Part shown: piece after piece, positions 34,063-42,732 of the stretch
How the letters are laid out: each line of letters begins with the position of its first letter
Position numbering within the stretch: the first letter of the stretch is position 1
Made by a program: the position numbers and the translations under genes
Notes under the pieces: generated by a model
Database searches by the model: none
What the model saw: only the letters and a program-made list of their open reading frames with translations
What the model was told of the DNA's origin: nothing
Assembly: GCA_016197205.1 (NCBI GenBank)
Contig: JACPWG010000133.1
Location: forward strand, 2,777-66,776
From: Planctomycetota bacterium
Lineage (GTDB): Bacteria > Planctomycetota > MHYJ01 > WSZJ01 > JACPWG01
Length of the DNA: 64,000 nt
Reading direction: 5' to 3'

Positions 34063-35820
34063 GTGAACTCGCCAACCACCGCCACCGGCGCCGCCACCGC
34101 GACCGCCCCCCCTGCGGCGCTCGTCGCGCGCCTTCTCCTGGGCTGTCTCGTCGTGCAGGCCGCCTGGATGGCGTGGGCGTGGAGCGACCTCCAGGCGCCG
34201 CTTGCCCCGGATGACCACGGCTGGAACCTCTACGCGTTCTGGCGGGTCGCGGAGGGGGAGGCGCCCTATCGCGATTTCGGCTGGAGCTACGGCCCGCTCA
34301 TGCCGTATCTCTACGCTGCTGCCTTTCGTCTCTTTGGCTTCAAGATCACCACCGTCCTCGCCACGCACGGCGCGCTGCTCGGGCTCGCGGCGGTCCTCGG
34401 CTATGCGCTGGCTCGGCGCGTCGCCTCGCCGGGCTGGAGTTTTCTGGCCGGGACGGCGCTCCTCTCGATCGGGCTGCCGTTCCACGCGTATGTCCACGTG
34501 GGCACGATGCCCCTGCTCCTCGGGTCGATGCTCGCCTTCCTGCGCTGGCTGGAGGACTCGCCTCGTCGGGCACGCTGGCTGGCGCTCGCCTGCGCGCTCC
34601 AGGTCCTGCAGGCCGGCGTCCTCTGGACCCTGGCCGGTTCCTCCGCCGCTGCGCTGACGCTCGCCGCGTTCCTGGTCGAGTTCCACGCGGGCCGCGCCCC
34701 CGGAGGCGCGCTCGCGCCGCCGCCCGTCTCCGACGCTCGGCGACTGGCGCGCGCGACGGGCGTCGCGTGCTGCTTCGGTCTCGCGTGGGCGCTCGGGACG
34801 ATCCTCCTGTATGCGCCGTTGCTTGTCGGCGTTCCCGCCGGGCACTTGCGTCACTGTTTCGGCATTCACGGGGGGGAGATCCCGAAGCAAGGGCTTCCCT
34901 TCTATCACCTGTTCTCGGTCCCGCTCGGCGTCTGGGACCACTTCGCCGCGCCCGCAGACGCTGCGCCTCCGTGGTCCTGGATTCTACATCGCGACCGACT
35001 CACCGCCTTTCTTGGGCTGCTGACGGGCGTGGCCGGACTCGCGGCCACGTTGCGCCTCCTGCTCACCCGCGCTCCGGCCGGTGCCCGCGCGCTCGCGCTC
35101 ACGACGCTTTTTCTCGTCGGGCTTCTCACCAGCCACCAGTACCTCTGGCAGGGCGCGCCCTACTCCCTCTTCTGGGGCCCCTCGTGCGCCATCCTGCCTT
35201 TCGCCGCCTGCCTCGGTGAAACGGCCTCCGCCTACGTCCTGCGCCGCGTGCCGGTCGACCTGCGCCCGCGGCTACGCGCCGTCGCGGCCCTCGCGGCGGG
35301 GGTGGCGGCGCTCGCCGCGACGCTGGTCTGGCGCCAGACCCTCCCCGTCGTCGAGCAGCGGCGCGAATCCCTGCTCCGACTCGACCGCGGCCGCGTCTAC
35401 GGCGGCGGCCCGGCGCTGAATCGCGTGCTGGAGGGGGTGGTCGGGTCCGTGCGCGCTCTCACCGCGCCCGGCGAGAAGATCGCCGTCTTCCCCTACGCCC
35501 CCATCTATCCCTACCTCGCCGACCGACCGAGCGCGGTCTACCATCAGCAGTTGTCGCAGGTGGGCGACCTGACGCCCGAGGAGGAACGCGCCGTCATCGA
35601 CGCCCTCGAGAGCGCCCACGTGCGCGTGGTGCTCCTGACCAACCAAGCCAGCATGGCGCGGGGCGTGGAGGACCTCTTCGGCCGCGACTACGCGCTGGAG
35701 CTGGCGGCCTACCTCGCCACGCACTTCGAGCCGGTCGAACAATTCGGCGACGGGCCGTGGACGCCCACGCGCGCGTGGGTGGCCGGGCATCAAGTGATGG
35801 TGCTGCGGCGGCGGGAGTAG
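34063..35820 (+). CDS. Polytopic membrane protein, GT-C-fold glycosyltransferase-like, paralog 1
   Basis: About 11 TM spans. First loop APDDHGWNLYAFWRVAEGEAPYRDFGWSYGPLMPY has an acidic DD motif as in ArnT/PMT-type enzymes. Soluble C-terminal domain. Confidence 0.7.
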   Translation: MNSPTTATGAATATAPPAALVARLLLGCLVVQAAWMAWAWSDLQAPLAPDDHGWNLYAFWRVAEGEAPYRDFGWSYGPLMPYLYAAAFRLFGFKITTVLATHGALLGLAAVLGYALARRVASPGWSFLAGTALLSIGLPFHAYVHVGTMPLLLGSMLAFLRWLEDSPRRARWLALACALQVLQAGVLWTLAGSSAAALTLAAFLVEFHAGRAPGGALAPPPVSDARRLARATGVACCFGLAWALGTILLYAPLLVGVPAGHLRHCFGIHGGEIPKQGLPFYHLFSVPLGVWDHFAAPADAAPPWSWILHRDRLTAFLGLLTGVAGLAATLRLLLTRAPAGARALALTTLFLVGLLTSHQYLWQGAPYSLFWGPSCAILPFAACLGETASAYVLRRVPVDLRPRLRAVAALAAGVAALAATLVWRQTLPVVEQRRESLLRLDRGRVYGGGPALNRVLEGVVGSVRALTAPGEKIAVFPYAPIYPYLADRPSAVYHQQLSQVGDLTPEEERAVIDALESAHVRVVLLTNQASMARGVEDLFGRDYALELAAYLATHFEPVEQFGDGPWTPTRAWVAGHQVMVLRRRE

Positions 35821-36105
35821 CCGCCCCTTCCCGGCCGCTGGGCGGGCGGCACAGGCGCAGCGAACGAAGCATGGCCGTCCGCGCGACCGAGTGCAGCCCC
35901 TCCCCCCCCCATCCGCTTGCCATGCGGGTCCGGCGCTGCTATCATCGGCGGACCCGATCGTTCGGCTCGACCGAGGTGCTCATGTCTTCACCTATCCCCG
36001 CGCGCGCCAACCTCCCCCGCGTGGGGCAGGGGACCTCCGCGCGAATTTCGCGCGGCGCGACTCAACCCGGCAAGCGGCTCGCGGAGAGCGGGAGAAGAGC
36101 CAGGC

Positions 36106-37791
36106 GTGAGCACTGAAGGGCTGACGCGTACCCTGCCGCGGCTGCTGGTCGCGCTGCTCGTCCTCCAGGGCGGGTGGATGGCCTGGGCGTGGAGCGACTA
36201 CCAGACGGTGCTGGCGCCGGACGACCACGGGTGGAACCTGTACGCGTTCTGGCGCGTAGCCGAAGGCGAGATGCCCTACCGGGATTTTGCCTGGAGTTAC
36301 GGCCCTGTGATGCCCTATTTCTATGCCTTGGGCTTCAAGCTTGCCGGCGTCCGCATCCCGACGGTGCTCGCCCTCCACGGAGGGGTGCTCGCGCTCGGTT
36401 CGCTGCTGCTGTACTTCGTCGCGCGGCGCGTGGCCGGACCGGGGTTGAGTTTCCTCGCGGGCGCGGTGGTCCCTTCGATCGGCCTCGTCGTCCACTCCTA
36501 CAACCACGCCGGGATCGTCCCCCTCCTGCTCGGCGCGCTTCTGGCCTTCCTGCGGTCGCTCGAGGACCCGCGGCGGCGCGTGCGCTGGCTCGCACTCGCG
36601 GCGGGACTCGAGGTGCTCGCCGCGGGCGTCCTGGCGAGCATGGCGGCCGCCTCGATGGCGGCGCTCTGCCTCTCCGCCCTCCTGGTCGAGTTGTACTCCA
36701 ACTCCATTCCGGGAGCGGGGTCCGCGGCGCGCCTGCGACGCGGCGTCCAGGTCTCGGTGGGCCTGGGGCTGGCGTGGCTCGCCGGCACGGTGCTCCTCTA
36801 CTACGCCGTGCTTCGCGGCGTGCCCGGCCCCCATTTGCGCCACTGCTTCGGGATTCACGGCGGCGAAATCCCGTACATGGGGAACCCGCTCTGGTCCATG
36901 GCCCATGTGTGGGCGGGCCTTTGGAGGCTGGCGACCGACCCGGCGCACGCCCCGACCTGGTGGTGGGTCGTAAATCGCGAACGGGTCATGGCCGGGCTGC
37001 TGCCGATCGCGGCGCTCGGGGGGGGACTCGTGACGCTCCGGCTCTGCTTGCGCCGGCGGGTCGCGGATCCGCGCGGCCTCGCCGTTCTCACGCTCTTCCT
37101 GGTGACCGCGTTCACGAGCCACCAGTTCCTCTGGACCGGCGGGGCCTACACGCTGCTCTGGGGTCCTGCCTGCGGCATCCTCCCGCTGACGGCTTGGCTG
37201 TTCGAGGCCGGGCTTGCGCGCTGCCTGCCGTCCGACGAGCGGGGGAAGAAGCTGCGGCTGCTTGGCACACTCCTCTTCGCGGCGGCGTGCGCGCTCGCCA
37301 CAGGGCTCTTCCGACAAATCGTCCCGAGCAGCCCGCAGGACCGGAGCCTCTACCTCCCCCTCGAGCGCGCCCGCGTGCACGGAGGCAATCGAGAGCTCGA
37401 CAAGGTGCTGGAGGACGTGACCCGCTACCTGGAGGCGGAGACGGCCCCCGGCGAGGCGGTCGCCGTCTTCCCCTACGCGCCGCTCTACCTGTATCTCGCG
37501 GCGCGCCCGAGCGCGGTCTACCACCTCCAGACGCTGCTCCCGGGCGACCTCACGGACGAGGACGAACGGTCCATCATCGCGGCGATCGAGGCCCGGCACG
37601 TGCGGGTGGTGCTCTTCACGAACAAGGTCACGGCGCTGCCGGAGCGGTTCGGCGAGGACTTCGGGCTGGCGATCACCTCGTACCTGGCGGAGCGCTTCGC
37701 GCCGGTGGCGCAATTCGGCGACGGCCCGTGGCGGCCGGCCAGCGACTGGGTGGAGGGACATCAGGTGCTGGTGTTGCGGAGGCGGGAGTGA
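36106..37791 (+). CDS. Polytopic membrane protein, GT-C-fold glycosyltransferase-like, paralog 2
   Basis: Collinear with the preceding gene (APDDHGWNLYAFWRVAEGEMPYRDFAWSYGPVMPY ... QFGDGPW...GHQVLVLRRRE). GTG 36106 chosen within ORF 35917-37791. Confidence 0.7.
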   Translation: MSTEGLTRTLPRLLVALLVLQGGWMAWAWSDYQTVLAPDDHGWNLYAFWRVAEGEMPYRDFAWSYGPVMPYFYALGFKLAGVRIPTVLALHGGVLALGSLLLYFVARRVAGPGLSFLAGAVVPSIGLVVHSYNHAGIVPLLLGALLAFLRSLEDPRRRVRWLALAAGLEVLAAGVLASMAAASMAALCLSALLVELYSNSIPGAGSAARLRRGVQVSVGLGLAWLAGTVLLYYAVLRGVPGPHLRHCFGIHGGEIPYMGNPLWSMAHVWAGLWRLATDPAHAPTWWWVVNRERVMAGLLPIAALGGGLVTLRLCLRRRVADPRGLAVLTLFLVTAFTSHQFLWTGGAYTLLWGPACGILPLTAWLFEAGLARCLPSDERGKKLRLLGTLLFAAACALATGLFRQIVPSSPQDRSLYLPLERARVHGGNRELDKVLEDVTRYLEAETAPGEAVAVFPYAPLYLYLAARPSAVYHLQTLLPGDLTDEDERSIIAAIEARHVRVVLFTNKVTALPERFGEDFGLAITSYLAERFAPVAQFGDGPWRPASDWVEGHQVLVLRRRE

Positions 37792-37822
37792 GCGGCCGAG
37801 GCCGGCCTCTTCGCGCGGCTTG

Positions 37823-37967
37823 GCGCACGCGCAAAAATAATTGCGCAGATTCGGACATCGAGGCTGCTGGGGGCGCGGCCCTCCGGGCCGCGCTGCGCGG
37901 GCCGGAGGCCCGCGCCCCCAGGCAACGGTCGATCCACGAAAATGTAAAGTAATTCTTGCGCGGGCGC
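37823..37967 (-). repeat. R2 family MITE-like element, copy b
   Basis: Reverse complement of the 62111-62255 copy, nearly base for base. Confidence 0.8.
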
Positions 37968-38099
37968 TTGGCGCCGCCCGGAAATCTGTTGAATTCTCGC
38001 GGGCCGACGGCTAGGATTCCGCCCCTTCGGGCGCGGGCGCGCCGGCGACGGGCCGGTGCGCCGCGGCCGGGACAGAAGCAATTCTCACCGGAGGTCGAA

Positions 38100-38654
38100 A
38101 TGAAGCAGTTCCTGTTGGCCGCCGCGTTTCTCGCGTCCACTGCGCTCACCGTCGCGGCGGAGGAAACGAAGAACACCTGGGCCGCCTTCAAGCCGGGCTC
38201 GTGGTCGGTGGTGAAGATGAAGACGGTCTCGGAGATGCAGGGGCAGAAGACCGAGTCGAGCAGCGAGACGAAGACGACGCTGCTGGAGATCACGGCCACC
38301 GAGGTGGTCCTCGAGGTCGAGAGCGAGACCACGTCGGTGGTCGCCGGACAAGCATACAAGTCGCCCAAGACCAAGAGCACGATGAAGCAGCCCCTGAAGT
38401 ACGAAGGGACCGCCCAACCCGCCGATCCGGCGGCCCCGAAGCCGGAGACGGGAGAGGAAGAGGTCTCGGTGGGAGGGAAGAAGGTGAAGTGCAAGTGGTC
38501 GAAGCTCTCGTTCGAGGCCGCGGGGAACAAGACGACCTCGAAGTCGACCTACAGCGACGAGGTTCCGGGTTCGATGGTAAAGATGGAATCCAAGACCGAG
38601 GGCACGGTCAAGAGCGAAACGACGATGGAGCTGACGGCCTTCGAGGCGAAGTAG
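38100..38654 (+). CDS. Secreted Lys/Thr/Glu/Ser-rich hypothetical protein
   Basis: GGAGG lies 6 nt upstream of the ATG. Signal peptide MKQFLLAAAFLASTALTVAA. High GC3. Confidence 0.8.
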   Translation: MKQFLLAAAFLASTALTVAAEETKNTWAAFKPGSWSVVKMKTVSEMQGQKTESSSETKTTLLEITATEVVLEVESETTSVVAGQAYKSPKTKSTMKQPLKYEGTAQPADPAAPKPETGEEEVSVGGKKVKCKWSKLSFEAAGNKTTSKSTYSDEVPGSMVKMESKTEGTVKSETTMELTAFEAK

Positions 38655-38863
38655 GCCCGGGCCCAACGCGGGTCGCCGCAATCGAACTCGGGCGCGGGTG
38701 CCACGCCCGCGGCACCCCTCACCCCGACCCTCTCCCCTGCAAGGGGAGAGGGTGGCTATCGTCCTGCAAAGGTGCGCTCGCCGCGCAAAGGTTGCAGGGC
38801 AAGAACATCCCGCGGGAGCGCAGGGCGTTCCCCTCCCGCGCACAGCCGGCGCAGCGCGTTCCT

Positions 38864-38905
38864 GGAAGAGCGGTTCCCTCGCGGAGCCGCTCTTCCTTTT
38901 TTTTT
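38864..38905 (+). terminator. Rho-independent terminator
   Basis: Stem GGAAGAGCGG / CCGCTCTTCC, 13-nt loop, followed by nine T. Confidence 0.8.
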
Positions 38906-38933
38906 GGGGGAGGCGCCGTGGCTTGGAAAAGGA

Positions 38934-38976
38934 ATGCCCCGCGGGGAGTGGTGGGAACCCCGCGGGGCATTTTTCC
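38934..38976. terminator. Second hairpin terminator, possibly bidirectional
   Basis: Stem ATGCCCCGCGGGG / CCCCGCGGGGCAT followed by TTTT on the + strand. On the minus strand it is followed by TCCTTTTCC, 59 nt after the 39034 gene end. Confidence 0.6.
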
Positions 38977-39033
38977 ATGACGGAAGCAGAACGATTGCGA
39001 GGGGAAGTCCGAGGGAGGACTTCGCCGGAGCTC

Positions 39034-39222
39034 TTACGGGTTCTGAGGCTGGGCGGGGGTCTGGGTGGCGGCGTGGCCGTAGTACTGGCCGGAGCAGGGG
39101 CAGGCGACCAGGCCGAGGCGGTAGGCGCCGGCGAAGAGGCCGGACCCGACGGCGGCGGTGAGGCCGATGATGGCGGCGATCTTCTTGGCTCCGGTGAGCT
39201 TGGCGCAGCAAGGACCGACCAT
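39034..39222 (-). CDS. Small Cys-containing membrane protein (62 aa)
   Basis: GGAGG lies 7 nt upstream of the ATG. MVGPCCAKL...one TM...LVACPCSG. Last gene of the SdpR-like operon. Confidence 0.55.
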   Translation of the reverse strand: MVGPCCAKLTGAKKIAAIIGLTAAVGSGLFAGAYRLGLVACPCSGQYYGHAATQTPAQPQNP

Positions 39223-39361
39223 GGGAATTCCTCCAGAAAAAAGGGGGTGTTCTTCAGCGGCTCGACACCAGGGGGCTGAGACTCTCGTCTCCGGCCGCGC
39301 GAGGTCCGGCGCGGTGCGGGACCCAGGCGCGGCATTGTATCAGGATCGCCGCGAAAATTCG

Positions 39362-39448
39362 CTAGCGAACGTACTCGACGAGGACGAGGCCGAGGATGGC
39401 GATGAAACCGAAGACCAGGGCGGCGACGGTGGTGACGGCGGCGATCAT
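39362..39448 (-). CDS. Unlisted 28-aa hydrophobic peptide MIAAVTTVAALVFGFIAILGLVLVEYVR
   Basis: Below the ORF-track size cutoff. AAGGAG lies 6 nt upstream of the ATG. Almost every codon ends in G/C, like genuine genes here. Confidence 0.4.
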   Translation of the reverse strand: MIAAVTTVAALVFGFIAILGLVLVEYVR

Positions 39449-39554
39449 GGTTGGCTCCTTTTGACGTTTCGGCACTTCTACAATTGGCTAGTTAGGCAAC
39501 CATCTAACAGTTCGGCCCACGAAAAGGGGCCTTCCTGCGACGTGCGGTTGGCCC

Positions 39555-39836
39555 CTACTTGCAGCACTTCAACGTGAGCTTGGCGAGATACCCGAGCCAG
39601 CACTCGTGGATGTTCTCGGGGATCAGGGTGTAGATGATGTTCTGGCCTTCGCGACGTTCCTGGACGAACTCCGCATCCTTCAGGATGCTCAGGTGGTGCG
39701 AGATGGACGGCTTCGACATTTTGAACTGGTCAGCGATCTGACCCGCGTTCATGTCCCCGTCCTTCAAGAGTTCGAGGATCCGGCGTCGGGTCCCATCCGC
39801 GAGGGCCTTGAAGGCCTTTCCGAGGTTGTTCGCCAT
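39555..39836 (-). CDS. ArsR/SmtB-family repressor, SdpR-like
   Basis: LADGTRRRILELL...MSKPSISHHLSILKDAEFVQERREGQNIIYTL. C-terminal KCCK. ATG 39836 chosen within ORF 39555-39884. Confidence 0.85.
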   Translation of the reverse strand: MANNLGKAFKALADGTRRRILELLKDGDMNAGQIADQFKMSKPSISHHLSILKDAEFVQERREGQNIIYTLIPENIHECWLGYLAKLTLKCCK

Positions 39837-39892
39837 CGGTTGTCCCTCGCGTCCTTCGTCCGTTCGTTCGTTTGTTTCTTCCAACGCGGGGA

Positions 39893-39921
39893 ATTCTATC
39901 CTGGGAAGGGGGGGTTGTCAA
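39893..39921 (-). promoter_or_regulatory. Promoter TTGACA-N17-TAGAAT (minus strand)
   Basis: Reverse complement reads TTGACAACCCCCCCTTCCCAGGATAGAAT, about 55 nt upstream of the repressor ATG. Confidence 0.6.
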
Positions 39922-40233
39922 GCGGATTATTCGAAAATTGTCTAATTATGCAAGCGTCTCTCAAGGGCAGGGAAAACGGGACGCATAGAAATACTGCGTA
40001 GGCGATCACAAGACATTTACCGCAAACAGATTGCGTGCGTGTCGAGGGTCGCTTGGCAACAGAGGGACGACGCAGCTACGAACCGTGGAGACGAGGATAT
40101 GCTGACGATTTTCGATCAACCGAGGCTCCTCGGGGCTCCAGACCCATGCCCCAGCACGAGCTCGGGCGGCCTGCTCTTGACAGGGAACGACGCTTCGTGC
40201 TGAAATCGCCGCCACAACCCGGAGGATGCCTCG

Positions 40234-41292
40234 ATGAGCCCCCCAACCCACGAAACGGCAGCCGCGGACGCGCACACGGACGGCCCCGATGCTTCCGCGG
40301 GGCGATCGTACGCCATTTCCCCTGCCCGCCGCCGGCTCTTCGTCCTCGTCCTCTCCGCCTTTTGGCTCGTCGTATTCGCAGTCCTTGGCCTCCTCCTTCA
40401 TCGCAAGCTGCACCCGTCGTTTCCCGTCACGCGGAACGTGACCTGCCGACCCCGCCCGCTGGGGCAGCAGGATCCCGCGCTCGGCTGGCGGGTCTTCCCC
40501 GGCGACTTCGAGTTCGAGGCCGCCGCGGTCGGCGCGGACGCCCCGCCCCTGCGCGTCGCGTGCCGCATCGACCCGGACGGGCATCGCGTCACCTCCGCCG
40601 ATCCCGCCCGCTACTTGGGAAAGCCCGAGGTCTGGATCTTCGGCTGCTCCTTTTCGTGGGGCTGGCTCCTGCCCGACGAGGCCACGTTCCCCTGGCTTCT
40701 CCAGGAGCGCCTCCCCGACTGTCGCGTCACGAACCTGGCCGCCAGCGGGTACGGCAACCTGCACGCCCTGCTCCAACTCCGACTGCTCGCGGACCAGGCG
40801 CGGCCGATGCCTCGGGTCGCCGTGTTCGCCTACTGCGCTTTCCACCAGGAGAGGAACAGCTTCACGCCGACCTGGCGGGGCGCGTTTTTCGGAGGCTCGA
40901 CCGTCCCCCACGAACAGCGGGACCTGCTCTATCCGAAGGGCGTGCTCGACGAACAGGGCCGCCTCTCCGTGCGCATGGTCCACGTCTTCTCGGGGCCGGC
41001 GGCCGACGCGCCGCGCGAGGAGCAGGAGGCAGTCACGCGCGCGATCTTCGACGAGCTCGCTCTCCTCTGCAACGAACGACACGTCCGCCCCGTGTTGGCC
41101 GTGCAGCAGGCCTCGCTGGAAGATCCGGTGGTCGCGCGGTGTCGCGAACGCGGCTTCGAGGTCGTGGACCTCAACCTCGATCTGACACGGCCGGAGTACA
41201 GCCTCCGGCCCTACGATCCCTCCCACCCCAACGCGGCGGCCCACCTCGCGTACGCCGAGCGCCTTCTACCGGCCATCGAGCGCTTGCGGTAG
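40234..41292 (+). CDS. Membrane-anchored SGNH/GDSL-like hydrolase
   Basis: N-terminal TM. Block I-like IFGCSFSWG and block V-like DPSHPN. Confidence 0.6.
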   Translation: MSPPTHETAAADAHTDGPDASAGRSYAISPARRRLFVLVLSAFWLVVFAVLGLLLHRKLHPSFPVTRNVTCRPRPLGQQDPALGWRVFPGDFEFEAAAVGADAPPLRVACRIDPDGHRVTSADPARYLGKPEVWIFGCSFSWGWLLPDEATFPWLLQERLPDCRVTNLAASGYGNLHALLQLRLLADQARPMPRVAVFAYCAFHQERNSFTPTWRGAFFGGSTVPHEQRDLLYPKGVLDEQGRLSVRMVHVFSGPAADAPREEQEAVTRAIFDELALLCNERHVRPVLAVQQASLEDPVVARCRERGFEVVDLNLDLTRPEYSLRPYDPSHPNAAAHLAYAERLLPAIERLR

Positions 41293-41351
41293 GGAAACGC
41301 CTCCCCCCGCGGCCCCCGTCGGCTCCTCTTCCGCGGCTCCCCGGAATTGCG

Positions 41352-41380
41352 TTGACAACCCTTTGCGGGCGGATTAGAAT
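41352..41380 (+). promoter_or_regulatory. Promoter TTGACA-N17-TAGAAT of the thiolase operon
   Basis: Near-consensus hexamers 86 nt upstream of the ATG at 41466. Confidence 0.65.
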
Positions 41381-41388
41381 CCGGCTCA

Positions 41389-41417
41389 TGACGCACCGCG
41401 TTAGACGCACTGCGTCA
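41389..41417. promoter_or_regulatory. Two abutting 15-bp palindromic operators TGACGCAnTGCGTYA
   Basis: TGACGCACCGCGTTA plus AGACGCACTGCGTCA lie immediately downstream of the -10. The same motif occurs at 53642-53682 and 56354-56368. Confidence 0.6.
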
Positions 41418-41465
41418 AATCGCGGCTCGCCCGACCCTTTCCCCCTCACTGCGGAGGTCCCCTCC

Positions 41466-42656
41466 ATGGCCGCTCGCATCGCCATCGTCGACGGCGTTCG
41501 CACCCCCATCGGCACCCTCGGCGGCGCGCTCCGCGACCTCTCCGCCCAGCGGCTCGGCGAGCTCGTCGTTCGCGACCTCCTCCGGCGCACCAACCTCGCC
41601 CCGGCCTCCGTCGAAGAGGTCATCTTCGGCTGTTGCGCCCAGTCCAGCGACGCCCCCAACATCGCCCGAGTCATCGCCCTCAAGGCCGGCGTCCCCAAGG
41701 AAGTCCCGGCGCAAACCGTCATGCGCAATTGCGCCTCCGGCATTCAGGCCCTCGTCACCGCCGCCCACAACGTCCTCGCCGGCGACGCGGACGTCCAGCT
41801 CGTCGGCGGCGCCGAGTCCATGTCCTCCGCCCCCTACCTCAACCGCGACCTCCGGTTCGGCCGCAAGCTCAAAAACTCCGAAATGATCGACTCCCTCTGG
41901 GAAGGCCTCACCGATCCGGTCTGCAACCTGATCATGGGCCGCACCGCCGAGAACCTCGCCGAGGAATTCTCGCTCGGCCGCGAAGAGCAGGACCGCTACG
42001 CCGTCGAAAGCCACAAGAAGGCCTTCAAGGCCACGCGCGAAGGCAAGCTCAAAGAGGAAATCGTCCACGTCGAGGTCCCGAAGCGCGTCGCCGGCCGCGA
42101 GGTCGCCCCGGAGCTGGTCGCCCAGGACGAGGGGCCGAACGTCGCCCTCAACCTCCAGACCCTCGCGCTCTACCCCACGATCTTCAAGGAGAGCGGCAGC
42201 GTCACCCCCGGCAACTCCTGCCCCATCTCCGACGGCGCCGCCGCCGTCCTCCTCATGTCCGAGGAGAAGGCGCGCGCCCTCGGCTACAACCCCCTCGGCT
42301 ACCTCAAGTCGTGGGCCTTCGCCGGGCTCGAGCCCGAGCGCATGGGCATGGGCCCCTGCTACGCCTCCCCCAAAGCCCTCAAAAAGGCCGGCCTCGCCCT
42401 CGGCGACATCCAGCTCATCGAAGTCAACGAGGCCTTCGCCTCCCAGACCCTCGCCTGCGAACGACAGATGGGCTGGAAGCGCGAAATCGTCAACGTCAAC
42501 GGCGGGGCCATCGCCCTCGGCCACCCCGTCGGCATGACCGGCATCCGCCTCGTCCTCACCCTCCTCAAGGAAATGAAGCGACGCCAGCTCAAGTTCGGCC
42601 TCGCCACCCTCTGCGTCGGCGGCGGACAGGGCGCGGCCGTCGTCGTCGAACGCTGA
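41466..42656 (+). CDS. Acetyl-CoA acetyltransferase (thiolase II)
   Basis: 396 aa. Active-site contexts VMRNCASGIQA, NEAFASQ, GGAIALGHPVG and CVGGGQG. Confidence 0.95.
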   Translation: MAARIAIVDGVRTPIGTLGGALRDLSAQRLGELVVRDLLRRTNLAPASVEEVIFGCCAQSSDAPNIARVIALKAGVPKEVPAQTVMRNCASGIQALVTAAHNVLAGDADVQLVGGAESMSSAPYLNRDLRFGRKLKNSEMIDSLWEGLTDPVCNLIMGRTAENLAEEFSLGREEQDRYAVESHKKAFKATREGKLKEEIVHVEVPKRVAGREVAPELVAQDEGPNVALNLQTLALYPTIFKESGSVTPGNSCPISDGAAAVLLMSEEKARALGYNPLGYLKSWAFAGLEPERMGMGPCYASPKALKKAGLALGDIQLIEVNEAFASQTLACERQMGWKREIVNVNGGAIALGHPVGMTGIRLVLTLLKEMKRRQLKFGLATLCVGGGQGAAVVVER

Positions 42657-42732
42657 CCGCCCCCGGTCATCGGCGCCTCGGCGCCACGCCCCCTTCGCGC
42701 CCTCGAAAAAAAGAGCAAGACAAGGAGACACG

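Noticed and set aside
40035-42656. 873-aa ORF fusing the SGNH-hydrolase region to the thiolase
   Set aside because: The N-terminal 477 aa are Arg/Pro-rich and overlap the real 40234-41292 gene in another frame. A consensus promoter and operators sit at 41352-41417, and the thiolase starts at 41466.
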